DNA of 64,000 nucleotides. Origin: the human T2T-CHM13v2.0 reference genome, Homo sapiens. Under the pieces are notes generated by a model, which had not been told where the DNA came from, searched no databases, and was given only the letters and a program-made list of their open reading frames with translations. The position numbers and the translations under genes are program-made. This document shows positions 30,315 to 45,084 of the stretch, one piece after another (the first letter of the stretch is position 1; each line of letters starts with the position of its first letter). The DNA lies in the NCBI RefSeq assembly GCF_009914755.1, contig NC_060935.1, one strand, 5' to 3'.

Positions 30315-30842
30315 ATGGGCTGCTGTGGCTGTTCCGAAGGCTGTGGCTCCGGCTGTGGGGGCTGTGGCTCCGGCTGTGGGGGCTGTGGCTCTGGCTGTGG
30401 GGGATGTGGCTCCAGCTGCTGTGTGCCCGTCTGCTGCTGCAAGCCCGTGTGCTGCTGTGTGCCAGCCTGTTCCTGCTCCAGCTGTGGCTCCTGTGGGGGC
30501 TCCAAGGGAGGCTGTGGCTCCTGTGGGGGCTCCAAGGGGGGCTGTGGCTCTTGTGGGGGTTCTAAGGGGGGCTGTGGTTCTTGTGGCTGCTCCCAGTGCA
30601 GCTGCTATAAGCCCTGCTGCTGCTCCTCAGGCTGTGGGTCATCCTGCTGCCAGTCCAGCTGCTGTAAGCCCTGCTGCTGCCAGTCCAGCTGCTGTAAGCC
30701 CTGCTGCTGCCAGTCCAGCTGCTGTAAGCCCTGCTGCTGTTCCTCAGGCTGTGGGTCATCCTGCTGCCAGTCCAGTTGCTGCAATCCCTGCTGCTCCCAG
30801 TCTAGCTGCTGTGTCCCCGTGTGCTGCCAGTGTAAGATCTGA
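30315..30842 (+). CDS. KRTAP5-7: Keratin-associated protein 5-7 (ultra-high sulfur), 175 aa
   Basis: Intronless; Kozak ACCATGG; [13 protein letters not shown]...CCQSSCCKP repeats...CCQCKI; first KRTAP5 gene after NADSYN1. Confidence 0.93.
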
Positions 30843-31262
30843 GGCTCTGGACTCAGGTCTCATGTGAGTCCTGCTAACCCCATTTTCCGAAGCTGTGACC
30901 TGTCCTTCATCGTTGAGCCCCAAACCACTGCTCAGGGTCCATTCCTCACTATAAGATGAAGCCATATCTGCCTGCCTTTTCCTAAGGAGAGTCCACCCTA
31001 ATTAATGTCCATTCCCTCCTAACAAATTCTCTTCCCAAGTCAACTGCAACTGCGGCTGAATCACCCCTCACCCGCTAGCCTTGCCTTTGCTTGTGTATTC
31101 AGAGGCCTGAGCTCCTGAACCCACTTGAAGTCCTGTCTTTTCCAGCTGGAGCAGCTGGGCATGAGTGTCCCACCTGCAACAAGGTGGGCGTTTAAGAGGC
31201 TTCCTTGGAGTGGCTTTGCCTGTCCAACACTCTGCTTTATCTTAAATGAAAAGTTGCAAACT

Positions 31263-31268
31263 AATAAA
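31263..31268 (+). terminator. KRTAP5-7: KRTAP5-7 poly(A) signal (second candidate at 31693-31698)
   Basis: AATAAA followed by GT-rich downstream sequence. Confidence 0.6.
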
Positions 31269-31743
31269 AATACCATGCCGACAAACTGAAACACATATCT
31301 TGCTGATTTCTCTGTTGTTCGGGGTCATTACTATGGCTATGGCTATTGTTTTCTTGTTCTTGTTGTGTTTCGGACTGCGTGGGTCTGATGCTGATGTTGC
31401 TGGAAGGTGCTAGGATGGGGCTGGCTGTCTCCTCTGCCTCTCATCTCCTTCCTGGCTGACCCCTCTTTTCTCAGAACCCCTCTCTTCCTAGGTCTTTCCA
31501 GCTATTGATCTGATGGAGACAGGACTGTTCCTCAGGCCAGGGCCACAGAAGCAGAAGAGGCTGCTGAAAACTCTGGGGAGTTCAGACTTGCCTCCTTTCC
31601 CTGGTCCAGGCCTCTGCCATCTTCCTTTGGGAAGTTTTTGTAACCAACTTACTCTGATTGTCTTTGTTGTTACACAGCCTGTTGCCTCTGTAAATAAACA
31701 CTCCTAGCACCAAGCCAATATTGCTTTTTAAGAATTTTGAAAG

Positions 31744-32036
31744 GGCCGGGCGTAGTGGCTCACGCCTATAATCCCAGCACTTTGGGAGGCCGAGGCAGGC
31801 GGATCACTTGAGGTTAGGAGTTTGCGACCTGACTGGCCAACATGGTGAAACCCTGTCTCTACTAAAAATATAAAAATTAGCTGAGTGTGGTGGCACGTGT
31901 CTGTAATCCTGGCTACTTCGGAGGCTGAGGGAGGAGAATGGCTTCAACCTGGGAGGGGGAGGTTGTGATGAGTCGAGGTCGCGCCACTGCACTCCATTCT
32001 GGGCGACAGAGCAAGACTCCGTCAAAAAAAAAAAAA
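31744..32036 (+). mobile_element. AluS
   Basis: Full dimeric Alu with poly(A). Confidence 0.92.
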
Positions 32037-32582
32037 GGCAATATTAATAGAGTTGAATTATTTCAAGTTATTTGGAAACACAGCAATTTATTGGTGGGAT
32101 ATGTCCTAAGCATAGAAAGAACACAAAAATAAAATTCCTAAGCTATTTTTAGTAGTCATGGTGGCAGCAGTAGTGTCGTTATTCTGCTGTGAATGCTGTA
32201 TGGAAAAAGCAAATGCATAATTAGGTTGGTATCAGAACTAGAATTTTTGGTGTGGAACTGATGAGGTTAAGTAAAAACCTTGTCATCCTGAATTTGAATC
32301 AGATATATCGATATGAAATCATGATGTTTTTTATCCAAATAAAAATAGTTTCCTCCTCCATTGGAAGACTTAGAAATAATGAGCCATCCTGTAGCAGTGA
32401 ACACTCCTAGCACCAAGACTGTTTGTTATCTTCAAATGCTATTTATTGTATCTACCTGGAACCTGGCTTCTCTGGTGAATGGGCTGGAAGCGAACAAGAC
32501 AAATCTAGAACATCTTGTTATCCCAGAAAGCAGAGATGATAACTAAGACTAATGCAGTCACATCAAAAGAACTAAAGAGTCA

Positions 32583-32995
<413 letters not shown>

Positions 32996-33524
32996 TGGTG
33001 AGAGGCAAACCTAGAGAAACTCTCTGTAGACAGACTTGGGACAACCTGAACACCAATTTCTTAAATGGACTGATACACATCAAATATGTTTAAACTAGGA
33101 GTGAGTAATCATACACAAAAAATAATAATACAGATCCTATGCAAACTGTAAAACTTAGTTGCCTTTAGAGGATTCTAGGAATCAGTTCATTATTTTAAAG
33201 ATGACTAAGTAAAGGAAAATAATCAGGCACTTATTCTATCTCTGACAGACAAACTCTATCTTATGGTAACAAAATTAGAGGAAGTATTCCAGTTTATAAA
33301 TAAAGAAGAAATCATAGAATTAGAAACTCATCATTTTGTAACCCCTAATGAAATAATGGGGCTATCAAATTTACTGCATGCAGCCAAATCAGTGGAAAAT
33401 TTATAGCCTTAAATGCATATGTTAGAGTAAAAATGAAAAACTTAAGCTCATTTAGCCAAAAACCTATCTATAGGACTGGCAGCATTGCCACGCAGAGCAC
33501 AGAATGGGGTGATAATTAGGGCTA

Positions 33525-34600
33525 TTTGTAGGCATCCTGGTTCTCCTCTCCTTCTGGGAACAGGTTGGATGGCAGGTAATAGGGTGGCCCTTTCATGAGC
33601 CCTCTCTAAGTCAGGTGTGGCCATGTGATTTGCTTGCGTCAGTGGGAAGAAGTTTGAAGCACCTGCTGCAGTTTTCTGCATTCTCTCTTTCTTCCCCCAC
33701 CATGACCACTAACGTTCCAAGCAGTGGCTGCTGCTTCCGGCTGAGTCCCAGAGTGATGAAGTACAGAGCAGAGTCACCAGCTGATGTGCAGTGACCTGCG
33801 ATGTGAACAAGAAGTAAGCCTGTGTCGTGTGAAGTCACTGAAACGTGGGGGTGGCGCGTGTGAGCAGCGTAATTGGTCTATCCTGGTTGACCCAGAAACC
33901 TACCAGAACACAAACATAGCATTGTGGCCTTGGTTTATTGGTCAGGGGGTGGGTGGAAAGGAAAGCTATCGGAGGCGAGAAAGGTAGTTATTATGTGTTT
34001 GGTAAGACTGTCCTAGATCGTGTATCCCTGAGGGAAGAGTTCAGAAAACACAGTGCCACTCCCGCGTGGGTCATTGTGGCTGCATTTATCAAAGCATTAC
34101 AAGAACAGGGTGAGCTCGAAAGAACCGGCTGGTTTCAGCCAGGAGGAAAGTTCTAGAAAGCCTGGAGAAACCTGGGGAGCTACAGAGTTCTCAGTTCTGC
34201 CTGGTAAATGATAAGACTTAGAAGGCCTTTGAGCAGCAAAGGACAATTAAAGCAGAAATGAAAAGAACCGTCTTTAAGGGTACACTCTGATGAGATTCCA
34301 TGAGGGCGGACCACACCACAGGTAGGGAGTTGGTGGCTGCCTCCAGCCTTGCCAGTGGGGCAGGAGGGGCTGCTGTGGGGTCAGTGGATCCAGAAGACGC
34401 CAGAAACTTCTCCCCACTGTGGCTCACCAGGCGTTCTCTTTGCTTGGCCTGTGGCTCCTGTGGGTAAATTTGTGTCTTGCTGTGTAATAAAGAGGTTTCT
34501 CCAGGGAAGAGGGGGAAGTCTTTGGCCCAGGCTGGACCAAGTGACCTGCAGATTAAAGATAGCCTCACTATCACAGTAACAGGCACCAAAGAAAGGCCTG
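33525..34600 (+). mobile_element. Old MLT1 LTR plus MLT1-internal remnant
   Basis: GTGGCCATGTGATTTGCTT...GAAGTAAGCCTGTGTCGTGTGAAGTCACTGA, followed by MaLR-int-like sequence. Confidence 0.55.
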
Positions 34601-34695
34601 CTGCCGGCCATTGTTGGAAATAGGCCCAGCAGAACCAATGCTGTCTGTGCTTGTGGTGTGGGGGGTAGAAGAGAAATCAAAAGAAACCCCAAACC

Positions 34696-35049
<354 letters not shown>

Positions 35050-35628
35050 TTAGCAAGATTTAGGACATAGTTGTAACTCTCCATGAAATCAACAAAGAGA
35101 AAATCACGTGTTGGATATTTTATGCATTTTTTTGATAAAATCATAGGATTGCCTGTTGCAACATCCTTCATTTCACAGTTGGCCGTTACAGAATGACGCT
35201 GAAGACATTACAGAATGACGTTACAGAATCACGTTGCAAAACCAACTGAGCTCCTTCTCATCCTTCACGAACGCCTCTCTTCGAGGTCAACTCACCCCAT
35301 TGGGAAGTCCCTATCTTGTCTCCTTGGCCAGCTTCTCTTTTAGGGTGAACCGCCTGATCTTCACTGCAGTGGCCTTGCCTGGCTCCCAGCAGATGTTCTC
35401 CAATGTCACTTTCAGTGACATCACAGAATCCTACATTTCTTTCTTTTTTGCAAGCATTGCAATTTTACTTAAAATTTGCACTGTAAATATGACTGTGGAA
35501 AATGTATTTAAGAGAGCTGGTTCTGCAAAGACAGGGAAGAGATTTGGGAGGCAGGGGTGTGGGAATAAGTGATATTCTTAAGTAAGTGAGCTGCTTGAGT
35601 GGAGGACACTTTTAGAAGTGGTCAGCTT

Positions 35629-36001
35629 GGGCTTGGCATGGTGGCTTACTCCTGTAAGCCCAGTATTTTGGGAGGTTAAGGAAGAAGGAACACTTTAGCT
35701 CAGGAGTTCAAGACCAGCCTGGGTGACATAGCAAGACCCCGTCTCTACAGAAAAATAAAATAATTAGCTGGGCTAAATTATTAGCTGGGCTAATAATTTT
35801 TTTATTTTTTTTCTACAGAAAAATAAAAAAAATTAGCTGTGGTGGTGCACACCTGCAGTCCCAGCTAATGGGGAGGCTGAGGTGGAAGAATCTCTTGAGC
35901 CTGGGAAGTTGAGGCTACAGTGAGTTATGATTGCACCACTATACTCCCGCCCGGGTGACAGAGTGAGACCCTGTCTTAAATAAATAAATAAATAAATAAA
36001 A
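35629..36001 (+). mobile_element. AluJ with rearranged mid-A region and (TAAA)n tail
   Basis: TSD TGGTCAGCTTG at ~35619 and ~36006. Confidence 0.88.
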
Positions 36002-36739
36002 GACATGGTCAGCTTGTTTACTTGTTTGTGATTATTTTCTTTTTTTCCTTCTTCTTCCTCTTTTCTTTTCTTTTTTTTTTTTCAATAGAGGTAGAGTCTC
36101 ACTGTGTTGCCCAGGCTAGTCTTCAACTCCTAGGCTCAAAGGATCCTCCTGCCTCAGTCTCTCGAGTAGCTGGTACTACAGGCATGCACCACTGCCGCTA
36201 GTGAATATTTTCAAGACCAGATGGTCCCCCCAACCCAAGGAATCTTGGATAATGAGTGAAGGGAGACCCTGTATGGGGCCTGGAGAAGCTGGCTATGTGT
36301 GGAGTGGTCACTGAGGGAGCATCTTAGCATGAATCTTGGTCAGAGTGATCGGGGAACCAGACTCAGTCTGGAAACAAGCAGGGTACACCTTCAGCTTACA
36401 GACAGCAGATTATGGAGCTGCTCAGCCTCCATAATTACATAGTTCAATTCTTCAGAATCATCTGTGTATCTGTCTATCTATCTATCCATCCATCTATCAT
36501 CTATTTGCCTCCATATCCATTTATGTTTTTGTTGTTGAGATGATCAAGTTGGTTCTAAAATTTCATTGGAAAAGCAAAGGAATTGAAAAAAAGAAAACAA
36601 TCTTTAAAAAGAAGAATGAAGTTGAAGTCTCACAATACTTGACTTCAAAATCTCCCATAATGTCACAGTGACACTGTGTTTGCATTAGGAAGCAGCATAC
36701 AGACCTGCGGAGCAGGACACAGGAACAAACTCGCCATAG

Positions 36740-37409
<670 letters not shown>

Positions 37410-37746
37410 CGATAGTCTTTTTATCAAATGCTGCTGAAACAATTGGATGAAAATGTGAAAAAATGGATCTCAACTCCTACCTTACATTACACACAAAAAT
37501 TAGCTTGAGATCCAGCATAGAACTAAATATAGAAACAAAAACTCTAATGCTTCTAGAGGAAAAGCTAGGAAAGAGAGTTTTCAAAAAGGTCACAAGAAAG
37601 CACTAGCTGTCAAAGAAACAAATGTTAAATTGCACTTCAAAATCAAAAACGTTTCCCTATAAAAATAAGATAATAATAAGGCAAATCAAATACTGAAAAA
37701 TTATATATTATGTATTATACATACATATATATTATATATACACATA

Positions 37747-38738
37747 TGTAGGGAAAAGAAAGAGAGATCAGACTGTTACTGTGTCTATGTAGAAAACGAA
37801 GACATCAGAAACTCCATTTTGACCTGTACCCTGAACAATTGCTTTGCCCTGAGATCCTGTTAATCTGTAACTTTGCCCCAACCTTGAGCTCACAAAAACA
37901 TGTGTTGTGTGGAATCAAGGTTTAAGAGATCTAGGGCTGTGCAGGACGTGCCTTGTTAACAAAATGTTTACAGGCAGTATGCTTGGTAAAAGTCATCGCC
38001 ATTCTCCAGTCTCGAGTAACCAGGGGCACAATGCACTGCTGAAAGCCGCAGGGACCTCTGCCCTGGAAACCCGGGTATGGTCCAAGGTTTCCCCCCAGGT
38101 GATAGCCTGAGATATGGCCTCGTGGGATGGGAAAGACCGTCCCCCAGCCCGACACCCATGAAGGGTCTGTGCTGAGGAGGATTAGTAAAAGAGGAAGGCC
38201 ACTTGCAGTTGAAATAAGAGGAAGGCCTCTGTCTCCTGCCTGTCCCTGGGAACTGAATGTCTCAGTGTAAAACCCGATTGTACATTTGTTCTATTCTGAG
38301 ATAACAGAAAAACCCCCCTGTGGCAGGAGGCGAGACATGTCGGCAGCAATGCTGCTCTGTTATTCTTTACTCCACTGAGATGTTTGGGTGGAGAGAAGCA
38401 TAAATCTGGCCTACGTGCACATCCAGGCATAGTACCTCCCCTTGAACTTAATTGTGACACGGATTGCTTTGCTCACATGTTTTCTTGCTGACCTTCTCCC
38501 CACTATCACCCTGCTCTCCTGCCTCATTCCTCTCGCTGAGATAGTGAAAATAGTAATCAATAAATACTGAGGGAACTCAGAGGCCTGTGCCGGCACAGGT
38601 CCTCCGTATGCTGAGTGCCGGTCCCCTGGGCCCACTTTTCTTTCTCTATACTTTGTCTCTGTGTCTTATTTCTTTTCTCAGTCTGTCGTCCCACCTGATG
38701 AGAAATACCCACAGGTGTGGAGGGGCTGGCCCCCTTCA
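37747..38738 (+). mobile_element. HERV-K (HML-2) solo LTR, LTR5A/LTR5B type
   Basis: TGTAGGGAAAAGAAAGAGAGATCAGACTG...GGGGCTGGCCCCCTTCA, 992 bp, perfect 6-bp TSD CACATA; the 3' end differs from the recalled LTR5_Hs end. Confidence 0.95.
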
Positions 38739-39383
38739 CACATATATGCATGTATATAAAATACATGTGTAAATATATATATATATATACATACATATGG
38801 CAAAGCATTTCATTCATATATTCTTGATATTGAATTTATGAAGAGTTCCAACAACTCAATAACAAAAAGACAAAAAAAACCCTACAATAAAGTGGGCAAA
38901 CAATTTTAACAAAACCTTTTAACAAGAAAGATGTGAAAATGACCAGTAAGTGCAAGAAAAGACCCTCACAAACATTAGTCATCAGAGAAACGCAGATCAA
39001 AATCCACATGAGAGGCAATTTTACACCCATCCGATGCCTCACGTTTGAAAACCCAATGGCGGTACTGACAGGCCTGGGGCAGCGGACGCTCTCAGGCATT
39101 GCTGAGGAGAGGGGAAAGCAGCTTGAGCGTTTGGAAAGCTGTCTGTTTCTTAGAAAGTTAAGCATACACTACTCTATGGTCTAGCAAGGCCAGTCCTCAA
39201 TATTTAACCAAAAAATTAAAACCAAAAACATGAATACGGAAGGACTGGAAGGCATGATTATGTGTTATTTATCATCGCCCCAAACTGCGAACAATTCAAA
39301 TATCTATGAACAGGAGAATGGAGGAACGCCGTGGAGAGTATTTTTACACGAAACACTACACGATGATTAAAAAAGAAGAATAA

Positions 39384-40238
<855 letters not shown>

Positions 40239-41019
40239 TTACCTCAATATAAAATTAAAATTAATCTTCGGAAAATAAAAGTACATTAGAGAGGATGGCT
40301 AATCAAAATTTTTGTAGCCTTCAAGGAGAATAAATTTGAAGCATATCTGTTGATTTGTGGAATTTTTACAAAGACTTAATTGAGGAAGACTTGAAAGCAT
40401 TAGAAAGGGTCCCGTTCCTCTGTTCCCTCTGTGAGCCCAGCTTGCCTGAAGGGAACGTGGGTCTAATCCGTGTCTGGAGGAGTGAGCCGAACCACAGGAA
40501 GAAGAGGTAAGAAAGACAAAGGAGAACCAGGGCCACACTCAAATCCACGCTCTTCAAAACTGTGTTTTACAAATTTGACAAAATATTTATACTGGAAATT
40601 TTTAAGCGGTGGAACCTATAGACAGCCTTTTCTTTCAGCTTATTTTGTTAGTTTTAATTTTATTTAATTTTTTTACAAAATGACCACCGTTGATATAAAC
40701 ACCAATGCCAGGGGGTGGAGGGTCTGCATCGCTGAGGAGAGCCCTGAGCGCCAAGGAAAATGGTCCACCCGCTGGCCAAGCCACCACCGTCTCCCAGGCT
40801 CCCGGGACACCTGCTGGAGAGGGAGCCCAGTGTCTTCTAACAAAGGGAAACACCTATGAGGAAGAGGCCAAATTTAGAAACCAAGGAAAGGAGAGCTTGG
40901 CTGGAGCTGATGGCGGCTCATGGGATTGTGAAGAGATTAAAAATAACACTCGTGCATGTGAAATAGCAGAAACAACAACAGAAGTATTCATGTGTTCAGT
41001 ATAAACACCTGGGCAGGGA

Positions 41020-41025
41020 TATAAA
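41020..41025 (+). promoter_or_regulatory. KRTAP5-8: TATA box of KRTAP5-8
   Basis: TATAAA at the position homologous to the paralogs. Confidence 0.85.
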
Positions 41026-41109
41026 GGGCCCAGGCTCAGGGAGTTCCACACCTGCACACCTCCCTCTCACCTGCTCCTCTACCTGCTCCACCCTCAACCC
41101 ACCAGAACC

Positions 41110-41694
41110 ATGGGCTGCTGTGGCTGCTCTGGAGGCTGTGGCTCCGGCTGTGGGGGCTGTGGCTCCGGCTGTGGGGGCTGCGGCTCTGGCTGTGGGGGAT
41201 GTGGCTCTAGCCGCTGTGTGCCCATCTGCTGCTGCAAGCCCGTGTGCTGCTGTGTGCCAGCCTGTTCCTGCTCCAGCTGTGGCTCCTGTGGGGGCTCCAA
41301 GGGGGGCCGTGGCTCCTGTGGGGGCTCCAAGGGGGACTGTGGCTCCTGTGGGGGCTCCAAGGGAGGCTGTGGTTCTTGTGGCTGCTCCCAGTGCAGCTGC
41401 TATAAGCCCTGCTGCTGCTCCTCAGGCTGTGGGTCATCCTGCTGCCAGTCCAGCTGCTGCAAACCCTGCTGTTCCCAGTCCAGCTGTTGTAAGCCCTGCA
41501 GCTGCTCTTCAGGCTGTGGGTCATCCTGCTGCCAGTCCAGCTGCTGCAAGCCCTGCTGTTCCCAGTCCAGCTGCTGTAAGCCCTGCTGCTGCTCTTCAGG
41601 CTGTGGGTCATCCTGCTGCCAGTCCAGCTGCTGCAAGCCCTGCTGTTCCCAGTCCAGCTGCTGTGTCCCAATTTGCTGCCAGTGCAAGATCTGA
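41110..41694 (+). CDS. KRTAP5-8: Keratin-associated protein 5-8 (UHS KerB), 194 aa
   Basis: Intronless Cys/Gly/Ser-rich [16 protein letters not shown]...[11 protein letters not shown]. Confidence 0.92.
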   Translation: MGCCGCSGGCGSGCGGCGSGCGGCGSGCGGCGSSRCVPICCCKPVCCCVPACSCSSCGSCGGSKGGRGSCGGSKGDCGSCGGSKGGCGSCGCSQCSCYKPCCCSSGCGSSCCQSSCCKPCCSQSSCCKPCSCSSGCGSSCCQSSCCKPCCSQSSCCKPCCCSSGCGSSCCQSSCCKPCCSQSSCCVPICCQCKI

Positions 41695-42260
41695 GGCTCT
41701 GCCTACAAATCTCAGCTGGTCCCACAGATCTGGGCTCTCCAGGAATGACTGTAGCTGTGTCCTGAATTCCTGAAGCACATCTCTGAGTCTGTCCTCCTCT
41801 GGACTAAGGCAGCCTAGCGTCCAGGGCTCAGTACTCAGCTGCTCAGCCTCTGAGGTCATGAGGGCTTCTGGCATGCTGGGTGCTGCCCATCAACCCTCCC
41901 AGAATCCCCTCTTCCTTTCCTGACCTCATCACTTCAACCTTCTCAGGGCTTCAAGATCCCACATCCCTGGGCCCCTCCTGTGAGCCTGCTGGAAACACAC
42001 TGAAACTGGAATCCTCCGACCTGCTGCCGCCTCTCCCCGGTCCCTGCAACCTCCTGGCTCCTCCACCCTTCATCTTCATCCTGCCTGAGCTGCCACAGCT
42101 CCGATTGTTTTTGGAGTTGACCTAGAGGACTCAGAATTATTAGAGACCCCAGGATCCTCTCCTGAGGAGGAGGGGCGCCCAGTCTCCTCTTCTACCTCTG
42201 ACCTGGCCTTGTTTCTTTCCCCAGGGCTTCGCCTTGTAAGTGCCTAGGCTGAATCTTCTA

Positions 42261-42266
42261 AATAAA
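42261..42266 (+). terminator. KRTAP5-8: KRTAP5-8 poly(A) signal
   Basis: AATAAA followed by GT/T-rich element. Confidence 0.75.
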
Positions 42267-42390
42267 TACGATCCACACCTCCCACGAGTTTGCGTTGTGA
42301 TTCTTTTGTTTCAACTTCTGTGTGATTAGATAAATGTACAATTTTCACAGAGTCGCACTCCCAGGCATTTGGGAACCCCCCGTTCCCTGC

Positions 42391-42750
42391 TGTGTGAGTT
42401 TGCTAGGGCTGCCCCACAAACCATGTGGCTTATGCAACGGGAGTGGATCGTCTCACAGTTTGGAGGCCAGAATCTGCCATCGAGGTGCCTCAGGGCCGGG
42501 TCCTCCTGAGACCTCCCTCCGTGGCTTACTGATGCCGCCATCCCTATATCCTCATGTGCTTGTCCCTCTGTGTGTGTCTGCGTCCTCATCTCTTTGTATA
42601 AGGACACAGATTAGATTAGGGCCTACCCTACTCCATTATGTCCACGTTTTAACTAATCACCCCTGTAAAGATCTATCTCCAAATAAGGTGCCATTCTGAG
42701 ATACTGCAGTGAGGACTCCAACGTATGTACCAGGGGGCACAACTCAGCCG
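42391..42750 (-). mobile_element. MLT1 LTR
   Basis: TGTGTGAGTTTGCTAGGGCTGCC...GATTAGGGCCTACCCTA...TCTCCAAATAAGGT. Confidence 0.75.
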
Positions 42751-43344
42751 TGGTATCCACTTGGCTTGGGGCATCACCATCTTTCCCATCTTCCAGGATA
42801 CAGAATTGGGAGGCCCCTTGGGCTTCTCTCCCCTACAAGTCGCCAAATCCCACAGCATCTCCTGGAAGACATCCTAAGACACCTCCTTCCTGCCTTCTTG
42901 TGACACCTCCCTACCTAGACCTCTGCTTCAGGCCCCCAACTGTCCCTTCCCTGCTGCCTCTGTCAGCTCGGGCTGCCAGAACAAAACCCACAGAGTAAGC
43001 CTGGAAGACGGAACAACAGACACCATTTCTCCCAGTTCCGGAGGCTGGAGGGCCTAGACCAAAGTCCGGCATGTTCGACTCATGGGGAGGGAAGGCAGGA
43101 GCTGGCGGAGGAGGAGGTGGGCTGCAAGGCTGGAGCCCCCAGACCCAGGCGTCTGTAACAGCAGAGCACGGGAGGCTGCTCGGGAAGCCACCTTCTCACA
43201 GGATGGCAGGCCGTGAGTGTCTGATGGAACTGTGACAAGAAAGTGAAAACTCAACAACACGGAATTTTTAGAATGTGCTTCTGAGTTTCTGTTTTAGTAA
43301 GTAAGGTTGACTAGACACTATTCACAACCTGGAACTTCTCAAAG

Positions 43345-43546
43345 GACATGGTGAAACCCCGTCTCCACTAAAAATACAAAAATGAGCCGGGCATGGTGGT
43401 GGGCGCCTGTATCCCAGCTACTCAGGAGGCTGAGGCAGGAGAATCGCTTGAAACCGGGAAGCAGAGGGTGCAGTGAGCCCAGACTGCACCACTGCACTCC
43501 AGCCTGGGTGACAGAATGAGATTCCATCTCTAAATAAATAAATAAA
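43345..43546 (+). mobile_element. 5'-truncated Alu
   Basis: Starts at CATGGTGAAACCCCGTCTC; (TAAA)n tail. Confidence 0.88.
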
Positions 43547-43975
43547 GTTTTAAAGTGCTGTATTTAAAACATATATTTTTTAAGTCACTGAGCTGTTGAA
43601 AAAATAAAATAATCCTCAGAGCCAACAAGCAAGAGAGAGCTGGACCCACAGAGGAAGGTGAAAGTCAAAAACGGCCTCCACCCTGTGGCTGGACCAGAAA
43701 GAGGCCCTCTCTGTTTTCTTCCACCTGTGGTATTGCTTCTGTTGTCAGCATGAATCTGAGAAAAACGTAGTTTCTCTACACTCTCACACAGAACACTCTC
43801 ATTCCTGATGTGCGGGTTTTCCCCACACTACTCAATTTTCTGCCTCTTTCCACACTGACCAATTCTCTGACACCAGCTGGGTGTCCTGCAATTCACTCCC
43901 ATCCTGAAACAGAGTTCATTTCAGATCCCACAGGCGAAGGGCTCAGTCCCACAAGACTGTCCCCACTTCAGAGGC

Positions 43976-44334
43976 TGACATGGTTTTCCTCTGTCCCCAC
44001 CCAAATCTCATCTTGAACTGTAGCTCTCACAATTCCCCTGTGTTGTGGGAGGGACCCAGTGGGAGGTAATTGAATCACGGGGGTGGGTGTTTCCTGTGCT
44101 GTTCTCATGATAGTGAATAAGTCTCACGAGATCTGATGATTTTATGAATGGGAGTTTCCCTGCACAAGTTCTCTTATCTTGTCTGCCACCATGTGAGATG
44201 TGCCTTTCACCTTCCACCATGATTGTGAGGCCTCCCCAGCCAGGTAGAACTGTGAGTCCATTAAACTTCTTTCTTTTGTAAATTGCCCAGTCTCAGGTAT
44301 GTCTTTATCGGCAGTGTGAAAATGGACTAATACA
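43976..44334 (+). mobile_element. THE1 (C/D-like) solo LTR
   Basis: TGACATGGTTTTCCTCTGTCCCCACCCAAATCTCATCTTGAA...GGACTAATACA; TSD GAGGC/GATGC. Confidence 0.9.
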
Positions 44335-44398
44335 GATGCCAATCACGAGTCCAGCCTCCCAAGCTTCTAACCGATGGGCTATAAATCAGGGTTTACAC

Positions 44399-45084
44399 TG
44401 ATACCTGAAATGAGTGGCTGAGGCAAAGCTCTCTGTCCATCAAGGTTTACTAAGCCTGCTTTAAGGCGCACCTGAGAAAAATGCAAGACGCAGGCACATC
44501 TGTGGCTGTTTTCCCAGAGAGATTTTTGGGAAGTTTGGTATTTATACATTTCCTTAAAGGGGGGCAGGCAGGTAGGAAGAGGCAGGTAAGCATTAGGCAA
44601 ATGATTGCATTCCTGTGAGACTTTAGTTAGTGCCTAGTAAATCTACATTTTACATGAGGTAAGGTGAACGTTTGAAGAGAAAAAGGGACTAAAGGAAGAG
44701 TCGGTTGTGCAGACCTCTCTGGGTAGATGGAGGAGGGACTGGTGTCATCTTGTTTTTGTTCTGCTTCTGGGAAGATAAACTCATAATCTATATGATCAGT
44801 GTGGAATGGAACACTTTCGTTTTAGGAGCTGGACTTGGATTGCAGGCCTGAAGTCACAACGGGCACATCCTTGTTGATGGCAGGACGCACTTCTTGAGAG
44901 GTTTTGCAACCAGCATAGCGCATATTTATGAGTGATTTGTGGAGGAAGTGTCCTGAGACACCTGAAGCCTTTGCCGTTTCCTGGGCCTGGCGAGCGAAAC
45001 ACACAGCAACACAGGCTGTGGAGGAACAGCGCTGCTTTTGCGAGAGGGCTTGGGGGTTCTGAGATTTTTATTTTTCTTTACTCA
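44399..45084 (-). mobile_element. MER4-group ERV1 solo LTR
   Basis: TG...CA ends, 4-bp TSD ACAC, MER4-group-like start AAAGAAAAATAAAAATCTCAGAACCCC on the minus strand. Confidence 0.65.

Noticed and set aside
31697-32417. 18-bp direct repeat AACACTCCTAGCACCAAG ~700 bp apart
   Set aside because: Resembles an internally repeated motif of old L1MC/L1MD 3' UTRs rather than a TSD of a new element.
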